Of a stretch of DNA of 64,000 bases, positions 48,459 through 61,640 are shown piece after piece. The stretch is taken from the NCBI GenBank assembly GCA_973895155.1, contig OZ316893.1:9863660-9927659 (forward strand). The letters are read 5' to 3'. The stretch is from Marsupella aquatica. Its lineage: Eukaryota > Plantae > Marchantiophyta. The notes under the pieces are model-generated. The model was not told the DNA's origin. It did no database searches and was given only the letters and a program-made list of their open reading frames with translations. Positions within the stretch are counted from its first letter, which is position 1. Every line of letters starts with the position of its first letter. The translations under genes were made by a program, and so were the position numbers.

Positions 48459-51400
48459 CTATACATCCTTAGCATGAGCCAATAACTCTAGCACATCTTT
48501 CTCTACACGCCCTCCTAAATATGCCGCAAGAATATTTCTAATCAGCTGGCATTGGGAACTCGAAGGTTCTGAAAAGGTGGATGACGACAATTGTCGTTGA
48601 AGCCCAAGCACCAATTCTCGAGCAGTATCCACGCTATCGGGTATTCCTGGCCCCGCCGCATTTTTCACTGGTGCAAATTCTTCCTTGCGGTGAACTTCTA
48701 GGAGTGCTACCTGAACACACAAAACTCACCAACAGGAAGTTAGATATTTCAACCCGAGTTGGAAACAGTGAACCCATATCCTAACTGTGACTGGAGAAGA
48801 TCCATTCCAAGCATCAGCGTGAGAGGGGCTGTTCGAAAATATATGGAAGCAACCGACACAACAAGATGTCAAAATAACAATCTGTACCTTGTCTTTGTCA
48901 CAATATTTGAAGGCATCAAATATGTAAAGCTCCAGCTTCATTCCGTTTGGGGCCTCTGGAACCACTTCTACCCATGTTTTATCCTCCTGCTTCATGTGGG
49001 GTATTCGCTTCAAGGCAGTGTGAAACTTAAACTCATATCCTGAATCTCCCAGCCTCTTTAAAAAATCGACAGAAAAAATGTTCACACAAATATGTGCAGC
49101 TCTGAATCGCAGAGGTCTTGTCCTTGAGGTTGAGGTCACCCCATCATGGCTCTGATTATCTAATGGGCTACCTTCTCCTTCCCCGCTCTCTTCGTATGCA
49201 AGTCTGTGCTCCTCTGGCATCTCGCTATACTCCAGCACCTCATAATGGGAAGTGCTGGCTTCGTTATCCATGGGATTCGCTGTATCTCCTATTTCCTCAT
49301 CTTCTACACATCCATCTCTCTGTAAGCATACTACTCCGACAGCCTCCTCTGGGTCTATTTTGGTGACAACCTTGACACCAACATCGGATTCTCTGTCCTT
49401 GGTATAACCAAAGAAAACTGGATCTGCCACTCTCACCAGGGCGTTATCAACAGCATAAACCTGCGTAAGAAGCAGACAGTGAGAACCTCCGATCTTGTAG
49501 TCTAACTCAAGGTGTTGCAACATTTCAGCAAGAGATCATTGCTTCAGTCATAATCCAAGGTACCCCATTCTTTAGCCTTATATCATTCATTCGCAGATGC
49601 CCCTGAAAGACTTTCAAATATGCTGAAAAGATTAGATATGAAAGCAGAACGATGCAAGCATGCATGACTGCAAAACGTCTGCCGACAACTGGACACGTTA
49701 GGGACTGCCTTTCACTTGTTTAGGGCTCCGGGGACCAAAAGTTAAAGAGTACCTGCAAATACTCTATGCCCTCTTCAATAAGTCGATCAATTGTGCCTTC
49801 CACATGCAGTGCACTGAATAAGCCTCCATTTCCATTTGGAGCCTGAGCTACTTTCCAAGGATTCTCCATAAGAACATCATATTGCCCTTCTGGTGATTGA
49901 AGACTGATGCATGGCATGCTGTCTTGCTTGATGAACCAAACCTGCAACGTTCAAAACTCTGATATAAGAGAACCATTTGGAAATGTGCGAGATATGGCAT
50001 GCGTGGAAGCGAAAACTATTGAAACTATTGCTTGACTCAGTCATGAACAAATCAGCAGGGGCGGTGGCACTCCAGACAAAAGAAAACTCAATGAGTCACC
50101 GAATGAGGTGGTGCTGCTTACAACGAATTACTGAAAAACTAGCTAACCTGAATGACAAAATGGAAACTTGGGATACTCAAAATAATTCCTGAAAAATCCA
50201 GTGCACTGAATGACACAATACAAACCTGGGATTCATCGAGTCCAAAGAAATTCTTCTCCTGAAAATATTCCCTGGTGGGAGCTTCTGTCGCATCACTTGT
50301 CATAATAATCCAAGGAATGAAAGGATTGAACTCAGGGACCACTACCTGAAGAAAAATCCGGTAGCAAACGTAGTCACGAGAACGATCACAAGACTGGAAG
50401 CCATGGAATAATAACTTGACACGTAGTCATGTTAACGATCACAAGACTGGAAGCCACAAAAAAAGATACCGCAAGGACACATACACTATGTTTAAAGACA
50501 TTGAAAGCATCATCTGCCTATAACCTCTCAACGTAAGATCTAGCTAAAATTTGGTCTCCGTAATGACTGTGTTTGAGACAAACCAGAGAAGCCTGCTCTT
50601 GTACAAGAAGTAATCGCTCAGCCTGTTGCTGAAACAAAGACTTTCCGTCAGGGAGGCCCAAGTCAACCATGCCTTTCACAGGTGGTGCTGACGGTCCCAA
50701 CCGTGTACTTTGCCCCCCTGCTAGAACAACAACAGCGACTTTCCCATCAGCGACCAGCTGTAGCCCTTCTCGCCACCAGCGCCGCATATCCACATTATCT
50801 TCAGGCCGGTCAGTTGATTCTGAAAAGCTTTGCAAACCTATCCACTTGTCAAATTGCTGCCAATTCACTTTAGGGAAAGCTGATGGTGGCTCTGGAGGAT
50901 AAGGGCTTATTGGTGGCCTGGACTCACACCACACAAGTTTGTAGATGTTAGTCCATGACTTGCACACAATATCCGACTCCTACATCCAGATAGATTTCAC
51001 AGAAAACTTAATTTTCTCCTGGAATGTGACTCTTAAAATGGGACGAACCATGGACAAAAGACCTTGGAAGCAGACAACGCAATTATATTGACAAATAAAA
51101 ATCCCCAGGCCGCGACGGCAATGTCACTCGTAGATGAACCTTGGCAGCGGACTCACTTTACCAATGAGTTTGAAGACGCAATGCCCTCTGCTAATGCCTG
51201 CTGGAGGATCCCAAAGTCTATGCTTAGCAACTGCTCGAGTAAGGTGTCACGTTCCTCTTTGGTTCCAGAGGAAAGTCCTGCAAGGACATGTGTCTGACCC
51301 ATAGTTGTCAACCGCTTTTTCAGTCCTCCAAGCTTTCCACGCAATTTCCTTCTCTCTTTAATGTCCTGTTGGGATACATGCACATCCAATGAGAGGTAGT

Positions 51401-54383
51401 TCCCAAGGACAAATTCGAAAGTCTACGAGTACAAGAAACTGGTATGATGATGAACCCCAAACTTCACACGAAAATTTGCGATGAACCTGCGATGAATTTA
51501 TTTACGAAAGACTTTTGGATGCACATTCTTGTAAGAAAGAGGATCCGGAATCGAGTACTGGCTTTCCGTGGAGATGTGGAGTGTCACGCCGTGGGAGCAA
51601 GCTGGATATTCTTTTCCACTGCTGAGGTGACTCTTTCCACAATAAGTTCCCTCCAGTGCTCTAAAATTCTCTATACAAACCTCGTTCCATGGTCTCATAC
51701 CTTTAAGTCAATTCTCGGACAGTCTGACGAAGAGTAGAACTCCTAGGTGAAGTCATTATTATATCAAAGAGCATACGACTGGCAGAATCGTTTCGAACCT
51801 TTTTCTTACTATCTTTCTCATCTTTGATTTTAGCAGGGGCATTCAGCTCCAGCAGTCCCTCCGGTGGAGTAATCTCAATCCTCCTGAGCTCATTGTTAAC
51901 AACGGGGACAATTTCTTTCACGAATGGTACCCAAATTTTCCTTCCATCCGTTTCGGCGATTGAAGACACTAGGCTTACTTGCAGAAGATCATTAGCCCCA
52001 CCAGTACTGAACACGTCTAAAACCACACCGATTTCTTCCCCAGACTCCTGCCCAAGATAGAAAGGGGTATCAGATCCTAGCCATCATTGTGAAAGCCTGT
52101 GTGTGGAAGGCAATGTTTAAAGTCAGTGCTAATCAGTGGTTGAACTTGGGACTTTCAGAAGGAACGAAGATCGTTGTAGCAACTTTAGATAGTTACACAC
52201 ACCAAGGCCTTAACTAAGATAGTAGATTGAAGGATTTTCTTTGAGCACGGCAAACACACCTGAAGAGCCACTGTCATCCCTACAAGGTCTGGGACATAAA
52301 ACTCATCTTCGTCAAGAGCAGGTCTCTTCTCCTCTGCCACGAGCATCGTCGACCCAACCAGCGCACTTGCCTGGATGTGAAGGTCAACGTCTTACCACAG
52401 TCAACGTTTTGATCATAATATTAAATAGCTACTAGTTAGGACACGGAAACTGATTAAATTGCACAGAACTAATCCACCCTCGGAAAGACGGTTGAAGTAA
52501 ATAATCCTTCATGACGGGTAATGACAGTGATTTTGGTTTTACTTTCATTCTTATGGGCTACGGACGATACTTAGAAATACCTGTGAAAATTCAAAAGCAA
52601 ATTACTGATAATCGAATCGCTACCTTCTCTGGAGTGTTGAAGTTCTTCAATGTAATAAGCCATGAAGGCCGCTTGCCTGACACAGCCCTGCCCCTTAAAA
52701 GCTCGACCTGCTGAAGAGAAGGTCTCCCCATGGATCGTGTCCGCAACCATCGAAATCCTGGCTGAAGCTCCGTCGTAACTTTCATTTGTTAGAACACGAG
52801 GAAGGTGTCGAGGTCAATGCTCTCTAAAATGTTGCTACCATGATTTGAGACCGAGTCTCTGTGCAATAGAAATGCTCAACACAACTGACACTGCACCCTG
52901 TTGAATCATCGCGCAACTTTGACCACTCTTCGCATGGAATAAGAAGCACCACAAGCATCGCTGCCCGAAGAGTTTACAACGAACCCATTGGAGTGTTACA
53001 AACAAAAATTAGAAAATAATGGTCTGCCCCGTTTTGATGCCGCTTCTCTATCTGTGTTCTTTACTTCCAGTTTTTTCCCAGTTTTGTCAATTGATTTCAA
53101 ACATCGCGCCAAGAAATTGACATAGTATTACAGTCGAAAGATAGACAACTAGAGAACTATTTGAGAAAAATGGGTCCCTTTCATAGCCATAGAATGTGGT
53201 TAGGAGTGTTGTTCAATGAGTGATTTCCCTGCTAGAAAACCAGTAAATTACGCATGGAATGGGTAAGTACCTTCTCGAATCGTTCCTCAGGAAAATCAGT
53301 AAGAGAATGCACATGAAGCTCGCCCTGCACTCCATGAGTATCGGCAATGTATCCCACTTCCACAAAAGCTTCGTCATTTTCGATCTCTTCTTCCAGTAGA
53401 AGACCTACATTACCTACATGCAGAAAGATGATGAAAAAAATTTTAAATTAACATTCTAACTAACGCCTTGAAGATGACAAGCAGCAGCGTCAAGACGTTG
53501 ACATTCCTAGTCTTCATATTTGACCTCATAAAAAGCTCAGAAGACAAGAAAACAGAATCCAGTGGGCAATCAGAAACCGCAATGGTGTGATCAATTTCTT
53601 ATCTCATCCAGTTATTTATAAGTTCAATTATGCGACCGAACTTTTTGAAATTAGAGAACTATTTGAGTGTGTAATCCACTGGTCGATGATATTTAAGTAG
53701 AGAATTTTTAACCCTTGACAAGTGCCGCGTACGGCCGTGCATCAACTCGTCGCCGGTCAAACACATAGTATTTTAAGGTGGTGATAACCAATTTTCGCAC
53801 ATACTCGTTTACTGATGACGAGTGGAACCCTAAACCCTAAACCTCCGAAGACAACTGCAGGCAACCCTATTATCCTCAGCCCTGACTGGGCTATTCACAC
53901 ACCACTACGGAATTCCTACATCACCTTGAAAAACTGCGAAAATCCTATCATCACTAATTCTTGCACTTTCAAACGGTCAACCTGCACATAAAAAATGCTG
54001 GAAAAATGCAGAGTTAAGAAAATTGCTCATGGATTCCAATCAAACGGACAGAATAATTCAGCGGCCTTACCAGACGGGGCAGCTCGACAGATTGGGGAGG
54101 AGTCGACGACGAACTCCGACTGGAACCGTTCACCGTGTATCACAAAACTCATAGAAGGAGGAGGTAAGGAAATCAAAGGCAAGAGCAACTTTCCCTGGCG
54201 GAACCGTTGGGCGCCACCAAAGAAGGAGAGATTTCTGCGATTGAGGGAGCAGTGGCAATTTCTTCTCACTCGCAGATGGTTTTCATTGCTAACGGTGGTC
54301 AGCTGTCGAATCACGGACGATTTGCCCACGAAGTAGCCCCTGCACACTCCCAATCCCGAGCTCACGACAGTGCTGTACGCCAT
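48459..54383 (-). CDS. rimM: RimM (16S rRNA processing) / UDP-N-acetylglucosamine pyrophosphorylase-like fusion protein, probably plastid-targeted, 11 exons
   Basis: Phase-consistent GT-AG exons: 54383-54134, 53413(or 53404)-53271, 52761-52624, 52370-52260, 52047-51799, 51365-51157, 50917-50584, 50345-50226, 49941-49753, 49460-48888, 48710-48459. RimM motifs: VGYI...[49 protein letters not shown] motifs: LAGGQ.TRLG, IMTS, APNGNGG, VDN, KLE.YIFDAF, EFAPVKN. Exon 1 is Ser/Arg-rich, like a transit peptide. Confidence 0.92.
53826..53843. promoter_or_regulatory. Telo-box-like motif (AACCCTAAACCCTAAACC) in intron 1
   Basis: Two plant-telomere-type units. Telo boxes are common near 5' ends of ribosome-biogenesis genes, but function here is not shown. 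Confidence 0.3.
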
Positions 54384-54840
54384 GTGAGCTGCACGCACGA
54401 AGGCGATGGCGGATGGGAGGTAAAGTGGATGTTGCCACCACAATCCCAGAAGAAATTAGGGATACGAGGAGCTTAAACCCTCAACCCAGAGGGTTCGTAC
54501 TTCGGGTGGACTACCAGTAGTCTAAATTCATTCGAAAGTGTCAAACAAAAACTAAGTATAATAGTCTAAGTGCAGACTCCCCTGACGACACCCCAAACCT
54601 ACGCTTTCTTAGGTTATACAATATTAGCCTCGATTACGTTCTTTGAACATGAATACAGGGAGTACAATAAAACTATCACCAAAAAATATAAATATTTATA
54701 TTATTTGACTGATAAAAAAAAATTATCATACATGTCATTATTTTAATAATTATTTATAACATACCATACTCTTCTTTATGCATATCTCTTTTTCTATGTA
54801 TATATGTTATATATGGTGTGGACATACAATACATTTTTTA

Positions 54841-55033
54841 ATGCAAATAAAAATTATGACAAAAAGCATGCATAATTATCATTTGATATATATCATAGTC
54901 ATAAATTTTCCCATCCATATGATGAGACATGGACTTATGCAAATAAAAATCATGACAAAAAACATGCATTGTTATCATTTGATATATATCATAGTCATGA
55001 ATTTTCCCATCCACATGGTGAGGCATGGACTTA
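54841..55033. repeat. 96-bp tandem duplication upstream of the RimM fusion gene
   Basis: ATGCAAATAAAAAT.ATGACAAAAA.CATGCAT...CATGGACTTA starts at 54841 and 54937. Confidence 0.9.
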
Positions 55034-55530
55034 CGTTTGGCTTCACTCTAGAAACCTAGGCCCACAACTCTAACTTATAGTTAGCACTTTATAATTAAGC
55101 AAGATGTGTTTTATGCACTTCTTGATAGGTGCATACTGCACTATCCAAAAAGTGCATGTAAAATGGCTTAGGGATTTACTCATAGGTGTTGTCAAGTCAT
55201 ACCCTAATCCTCATAGTGCACAATCCAACTGGATAAGTGGATATAACTATTCTTTATAGTTTTCCTCTGCACATATCAATAGATTCTTCTAGCATGTGTT
55301 GCAGTAATGCACTAATGGATGTGCACTCTTGTAGGTGGAAATGCACTTATGTTTAGGGGACTCCACCACCACCCTGCAGTCACCCACAGAATGCACTTAC
55401 ACATGATGGTGCACTTATTCACAAGAGTCTGTACAGTAAAGTCTGCATCAAAACAAAACTCACAATCCCTAAACCTGGCTCCTTCCTGAAAGTTTTGTTG
55501 TAAATAATTGTAGGAAAGTAGAAGTCTGTC

Positions 55531-55720
55531 ATTGGCTGGCCAGAGGATTAACCTACTTAGAACTGAGATGTTCGAGGTTCAATCCCAGCCTGTCACAAGC
55601 TAGGGGTGTGGAGAGTACATATATGTATGTGCATGTGTGGGTGGGTATACTGGTGGGAGTAACCACTGGTTTCTCTTCAACCCCTAGCTGGTCATTTTTG
55701 GGCCCTGGCTTGGCTAGTAC
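55531..55720 (+). mobile_element. Putative tRNA-derived SINE, diverged copy 2
   Basis: GAACTGAGA..T..AGGTTCAATCCC (B box 55576-55585), GGGGTGTGGAG and TGTGTGGGTGGG are shared with 4870-4960. Confidence 0.5.
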
Positions 55721-58487
55721 TTACTTTTAAAATCCCTGTTATCATACATACCATACTCTACAAAATAATCACCCAAAATTCATTTACTTGATGTCCTGTC
55801 TCTCTCTTGCAATTGTTCTCAGTTCTCTCATCCACCACCTTGTTTGGGTTGTCCTATTGTATCAAGCATCAGGCTAGAAAAACATGTTGGACGTTTTGTA
55901 CAATTGGGCAAAAAAGAAATTCCAGATTTGCCAGCCCGAATAAATTCATATGAGAAACTGCTATTGAACAAGTGTGTTTGGTTGCTTTTTCCAAACACAT
56001 GTTTTAGCTAGGTGTAAGCAGAATTCCAAAAACCTACAAATAGAAAACTTGTGCACTTGGAAACCACTAGGTTTTGGAATATTTATGTTGTTAGATTGCA
56101 TGAGCTTGCAACATACTTTAACTTACTTTTTGCACTCCATTATTGTAAACCAGGTTAAGAGGGACTAGAGTAATAGAAGGCAAATTGCAGCGTAGTTCGA
56201 CGTGTTCTAGCAAGTGGTTTTGGAGTTTCTTGGTCTCACTAAGTCTTGCACTTTTGCTAGGGATCCTACAAAGAAAATAATTATCCTGAATGTTGAGTAC
56301 TTGAGTTGATGCCTGTAATCTCACTCTTATATTATTGATAAAAGTCTCTAGACACTTTAGTGGATCTGACTTTGTAGGAACTTATAAGTGTTGAACAATC
56401 AATAGCATTGGTTTTCGGACATTACTATTGACTCAACACAAGAGATTCATGGTTCATCTAGCCCTCACCCCACACGTTAATTCCATCCACGGGAACACAA
56501 AAGAGTCTAGCTTAGTTAATTTATTGAACTCTAGGTCTGTCAATCAGCCATATTGAGTGTTCACATACTATTTAAGTTCTCCTTGTCTCTTAGATATATA
56601 ACTCCATAACATAATTGAGCCTGTTTAAGTTCACTCAGTGTCAAGCTAAGTCCTTCTAGTCAATATAGTAGTGATACATCTAACCTTAATCAAGTACCGA
56701 TCAGTGGTTAGAAGCATCTAACCTTAATCAAGTACCGACCAGTGGTTAGAAGAATCAGCTTTTTACTCGCCTGTCCCCCAAACTACCTGCTATTATTAAC
56801 ATGTCCTCCAAACAAAATTAATTATCAACTGGTCCCCCATTTCGTGCTCGGGTCAGTATCAACCTGTATACTCATTGTCGTTGCCATGTGGCAATTCACA
56901 ATTGGCTAGACTTAACCCTCCGACACCCCCCTTGGCCCCCTTCCCCTTCCCCATTGCGTTTTCCTGAGGAAAAATGAGGGCCAAAAGTGTCAAGTTTTTG
57001 CAAGGGGTGTGGGGAGGAAAATGACATATTTTTGCCCCTCCTGGACCTGCAACTGTGCCCTGCTATGAGGAGAGGGGCCGAGGGGGGTGCTGGCAGGTTC
57101 AGGCTAGCCATGTGACAATGGGAACCCGTAAAGTTAATACTGAACCCAATACAAAATGGGGACAAGTTGATAATAAATTTTATTGGGGGGCACGCTAGTA
57201 ATATTGGGTACTTTGGGGGACAGGTTAGTACAATGATGTTAGAAGAATTGTGGTTACATAGTAACTCTAGACCCAAAAGTAAATGCTTAACATGACGGTG
57301 CAAGACAAGACAGTGTGACCACCTCTATCTTACTAACTAGAAATGCGGGGAGAAATCCACTCAACCGTTGATTGGAACATGGATCCCGTATCATAACATC
57401 AAGTAGCATGTTTAGCCTACAATTTCAGTCTATTGCATTGAATGAATGGTAATAAATGACCCACTTTTCATCTACCCCCTTGTCATGCGTAGCCCCTTGC
57501 GGCAAACATGGGTGACATACAGGAACTTTTCTATTCTAGTAGCTCAATAACACTTCTTGTTGGCACCCCCATATACCAAAATGGGGGTAAAGCAAGGGGT
57601 AAAGACAAAGATGCTTTAATAAGGGCAATGTTGGATTTTATTGTGAGTTTTCCAAACCTCTAACCACATAAACGACTATCAACATGCAGTCGACCAATGG
57701 TTTTTGGCCTGCTGGTGCTTCTCTTGACATGAAAAATGTGCTAAGTCTCCTTAGCCATGCTTGTTGAAATAATTCTTTTTGTTGGACATGTGAATGTTGC
57801 TATGCCAAGTCCTGTACCTTATCTTTGACTTATTCTACAATGACCGCCCTCCTTGGGCCCAAACTCTCCTAAGTATGCATGTCACGTCCTCCCTCTAAGC
57901 AGTGAGTCTGGCAATGAGTGGCCCTCCGTAATTGTCAGATGCTCGGCAGTGCCCCTTCAACCCACAGAGGTTGAGAAGCCCACTTGATAGCTTCACAAAT
58001 TCCTGTCATCGTCTTTGATTAGAAGCTTGTCAAGCTTCACACTTGTTGGCGTCCACATGAACTTCTCCAAGACTTTGTCAGTTTCTACGAATGTAGTCTT
58101 GTATGCTCCACAGTCTGGCTATCTTCACTCGCTCATGCACTGTGTGTTCTGGCCTCTCGTCTTGGTAAGTTGGTATAGACTCCTTGAGCAAACAGCCCCA
58201 AAACTAACTTGCCTGGTTGACCATGTTCATTCCTTAAAAGGAATCAACACACCTTATTGCTTCAATCCCCTCCCAATCACACGCACTCATGTCTGCATTG
58301 TCAATCAATGCATAGTGTTCACCAGTCGAGCCGAATGACAAAAATGTGAGAATGAACAGTAAAAAGTCATGGGCCCAAACCTTACCCCTCACCAAACCCC
58401 TTGTCAAAGCTGCCACGGTTAGACTCATTGTAACAACACTAGTTAAAAGATAGGGAGATCTTGTATTGCAGAGACTTGGTATGGCCG

Positions 58488-58689
58488 CCCTGGGCCCTCA
58501 GTCTTAACTAATACATGGAGGACGTGCGAACGCTTGAAGAGTAGTTTTTATTCATTTTGAACTAATAATTATAATTATTACCGGTAATAAGGGAACTTTT
58601 AATGGTAAAATGGAAATAACAATGGGTAAACACGAAAAGGGCCCGATTGCAGGGGGTCCACTTCTTTTACATGGAGTGAGGGCCCAGGG
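58488..58689. mobile_element. MITE with CCCTGGGCCCTCA TIRs, copy 2, inserted in an LTR-like remnant
   Basis: 16-bp TIRs with one mismatch. TSD TATGGCCG / TATGGCAG. The flanks join into sequence homologous to 16261-16422. Confidence 0.82.
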
Positions 58690-58945
58690 TATGGCAGACA
58701 GGCCTAGAGTGCAGTAAATTTCTCGTGTGTTCCCGTGGATGTAGCCTCAATTGAGGTGAAGCACGCCCGGAACCACATATCTATTTTGTGTTGACTATTT
58801 GTTTGTTGAATGGTTCAGAAAGAAGAATTAAGGGGCCCAGGTTGCGCTTGTGAACAAGGATCGCCACCTGAATCGAGTTACAAAGCGATTCCTACAATTT
58901 GTTGACTGTCCTTGTGTTGCATAGGAGAAATCGAATCTCTTGACA

Positions 58946-61200
58946 TCAGGTTCTCACCTTACTGCAACTGTGAAAGAGGTGCTGAGTGTGTTCAAAGCTC
59001 AAATTACAGCGTTGACACAACCCTGTGCACACTCCCCAGTGATTGGCTTGGCCATTCGTGAAGAAACCATGCTGCAATAATCTCAAGATGAATAGTCTAA
59101 CCTTCGGGATAGTCCATCCTCCCCACAGCCTCTTCCATCTCTTGCACCATTGAGTGGCCGATTCGGTGATGCCCCATCGTCTATTGAGTTTTGCAGTGTC
59201 TAAAGGATTATCCAACTGAGCGACGGCCCAGGTACTATTTGGAAATCTTCATCCTCTTTTGTTCTTTGTCCATTCCCATTTCCAGCCAGCACATTGATGG
59301 AGATCACTTCCTTGCAGAGTGGTGGTGGAAGAAATCACCCTATTGGAATTCTCCAAACTCTTCCTCTCCTACTCTCCTTGTGCTATGGATTATATTGTTG
59401 ATGCTAGTGATCTCTTTCCAGGTATGGTGATGTGATATCAGGTCAGAAATTTTCTTGATTCCCCGGGTAGGGAGAAATCTACGCAAATCAATTTGTTGTT
59501 GCTCGGGAGTGTGCTTATCTCTATAATAGAGGCAGATCGTTTGCTCTATAGTAAGGTGATATGGTAGTTGGCATTTCCCAAACTCAAACTTCAATATGGG
59601 GCATTGTTTTCTCCATCCTTTGAGCAGGTTACTCACTGTGCGAGATCCAGTGATTTCAATTTCTGGGCATAGCAAAAGGATTTTCAGCGCAGGACCACTT
59701 ACTTCTTTCATTTTTTGGGGGGCCCTTCTTGGCAGCACGCAAAATGATCTCATGTGCCATGAGAATTCACTCCTTGTCCTCACCCATTATCAATTTGGTG
59801 ATGTGGTGCATTTTCAGTGCCTCTGCTTGATTTTTGAAAGTGGGCAGCCCCAGGCCACCGTCAGCTTTGGCTGCAGTCACTTCCTTCCACGCTATTAGCG
59901 ACTATTTGTATCCTCCATTGTGGTTGCGTCCCCACAAAAATCTCTGACACACTTTTTCCAAGTCTTGATACTCGGTTTTGTAGAGAGCCAAAGCCATCAG
60001 ATGGTAGGTCGGTATAGCTCTAATCACATGCTTCAAGAGAATCACCCTACCTACAAGCGTAAGGCTCCTATTTGCCCAAGTGTTGAGTCTCGTCCTCAAC
60101 TTATCAAGTAGAAAGGCTGCTTCATGAGAGGGTTGTATTTTGTATCCTATTGGGTAGCCAAGGTATTCCCAGATCTCTCCAACTTTAGCAATCTTACATC
60201 CAGTCTCCTCCATCCATGGCGGGTATTGGTTGTTGAGAAGATTAATCGGAACGATCTGGGATTTCATAACATTCAGTCGCGCTCCAGAGATGTTTTCGAA
60301 CTTCTGTATGACAGCCCGAGTTGCGTGGAATTCTTCTTCAATAGCCTCTAGAAACAGCCCGGTGTCATCTGCGAAAAGTTGATGGCTAAGGCTGCTGCCA
60401 TTCCACAATTTCATCCCCTTGATCGCTCCCCTTTCAACCTGCTGGGCAATCATCGCCATGAATGGTTGAGTGGTGAGGGTGAATAGAATACTTGACATAG
60501 GGCAGCCCTGTCGAACTCCCCTTCTCAAATTGATGGCTCCCGTAAATCTCCCGTTTGTGTGTACCTTAGATTGTGCCCCTATGATTAGCCCTTTGACAAG
60601 AAGAATGATCTGAGTACTGAAACCCATCGCCTGCATGACATCCCAAATAAATTCATGCGAAATTCTATCATAAGCCTTCATAAAATCGAGTTTCAGGAAT
60701 AACAATTGTTGCTACTTTGTTGGGGCAAGTTCCTCTGCCAGCTTGAAAGTAAGCAGGTTATCCATGATGTCTCGTCCCTGCAAAAAGCCAGATTGTTGCG
60801 GATCCACCAAGCGCCCTGCAATCACCTTAATCCGATTAGCAAGGATTTTGGCAATAATCTTCTCAATCAATGTAAGCATCGTCAGTGGCCTCCAGTTGTT
60901 GAGCTCCAGTTTATCTTGGTTTTTTGGGATGAGCTTGATAACTCCTGCCAGTGCTCTTGTGGTCATCCATCCATCCGACCAATAAGCTAGAACCATTTTG
61001 TGGCATGTCGGGCCCATAAATGACCAGCATTTGAGGAGGACCTCCACGGTTAGTCCATCCAAGCCCGGGAACTTGTCCTTGGGTAGGTTGGAAACAATCC
61101 TGTTCACTTCTTCCTCTGTGGGAGCTAGGCCCATTTGGTTATTCTCTCTAAGGGTAACTTTGTTAGTTAGGAGTTCAAGAGAGATGGCTCTGTCGGTTCA
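58946..61200 (-). mobile_element. Degraded L1-clade LINE ORF2 fragment (RT to zf-RVT)
   Basis: Motifs K.PGLDGL, NWRPLTML, QSGFLQGR, LKLDFMKAYDRISH, GVRQGCPMS, LFADDT, YLGYP and a C-terminal CQRC...HLFHSC. Several stops and frameshifts. Confidence 0.92.
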
Positions 61201-61204
61201 GATT

Positions 61205-61640
61205 GACAAATTTCTCTGCCTTTCCAATGAGTGTGGCAATAAGGATTTTTGATCATGAGGTCATGAATTCTTTTAGTTTTCCAACATTGAGTCCGACATT
61301 GACAAATTTCAAGCCAGATTTTATCACGGTACTAAGGAGATCACAGGGATTTCAATCTCTCTAGCTTTCTAATGTGTGACATTGGGAGTATTCGTCAAGA
61401 ATAGAAAGATCATGAGTATCCAAATTTCTCTAGCTTTCCAATGAGCCTAACATTAATAGATTTTGTCACCCGTTTTGTCAAGTACTAAGGAGATGATGCG
61501 TTTCTAATTTTACTCTAGTTTTCCAATGAGTGTGACATTGCGAGATTTTATCAAGACAGTACTAAAGACGTCATGAGTTTCTTGATCTTGAGTTTTCCAA
61601 TGAATCAAACATTGACAAATTTCATCAAATACTAAGAAGA
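61205..61640. repeat. Degenerate ~80-90-bp tandem repeat
   Basis: Recurring CTAG.TTTCCAATGAGT.TGACATTG and GTACTAAGGAGAT motifs. Confidence 0.65.
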
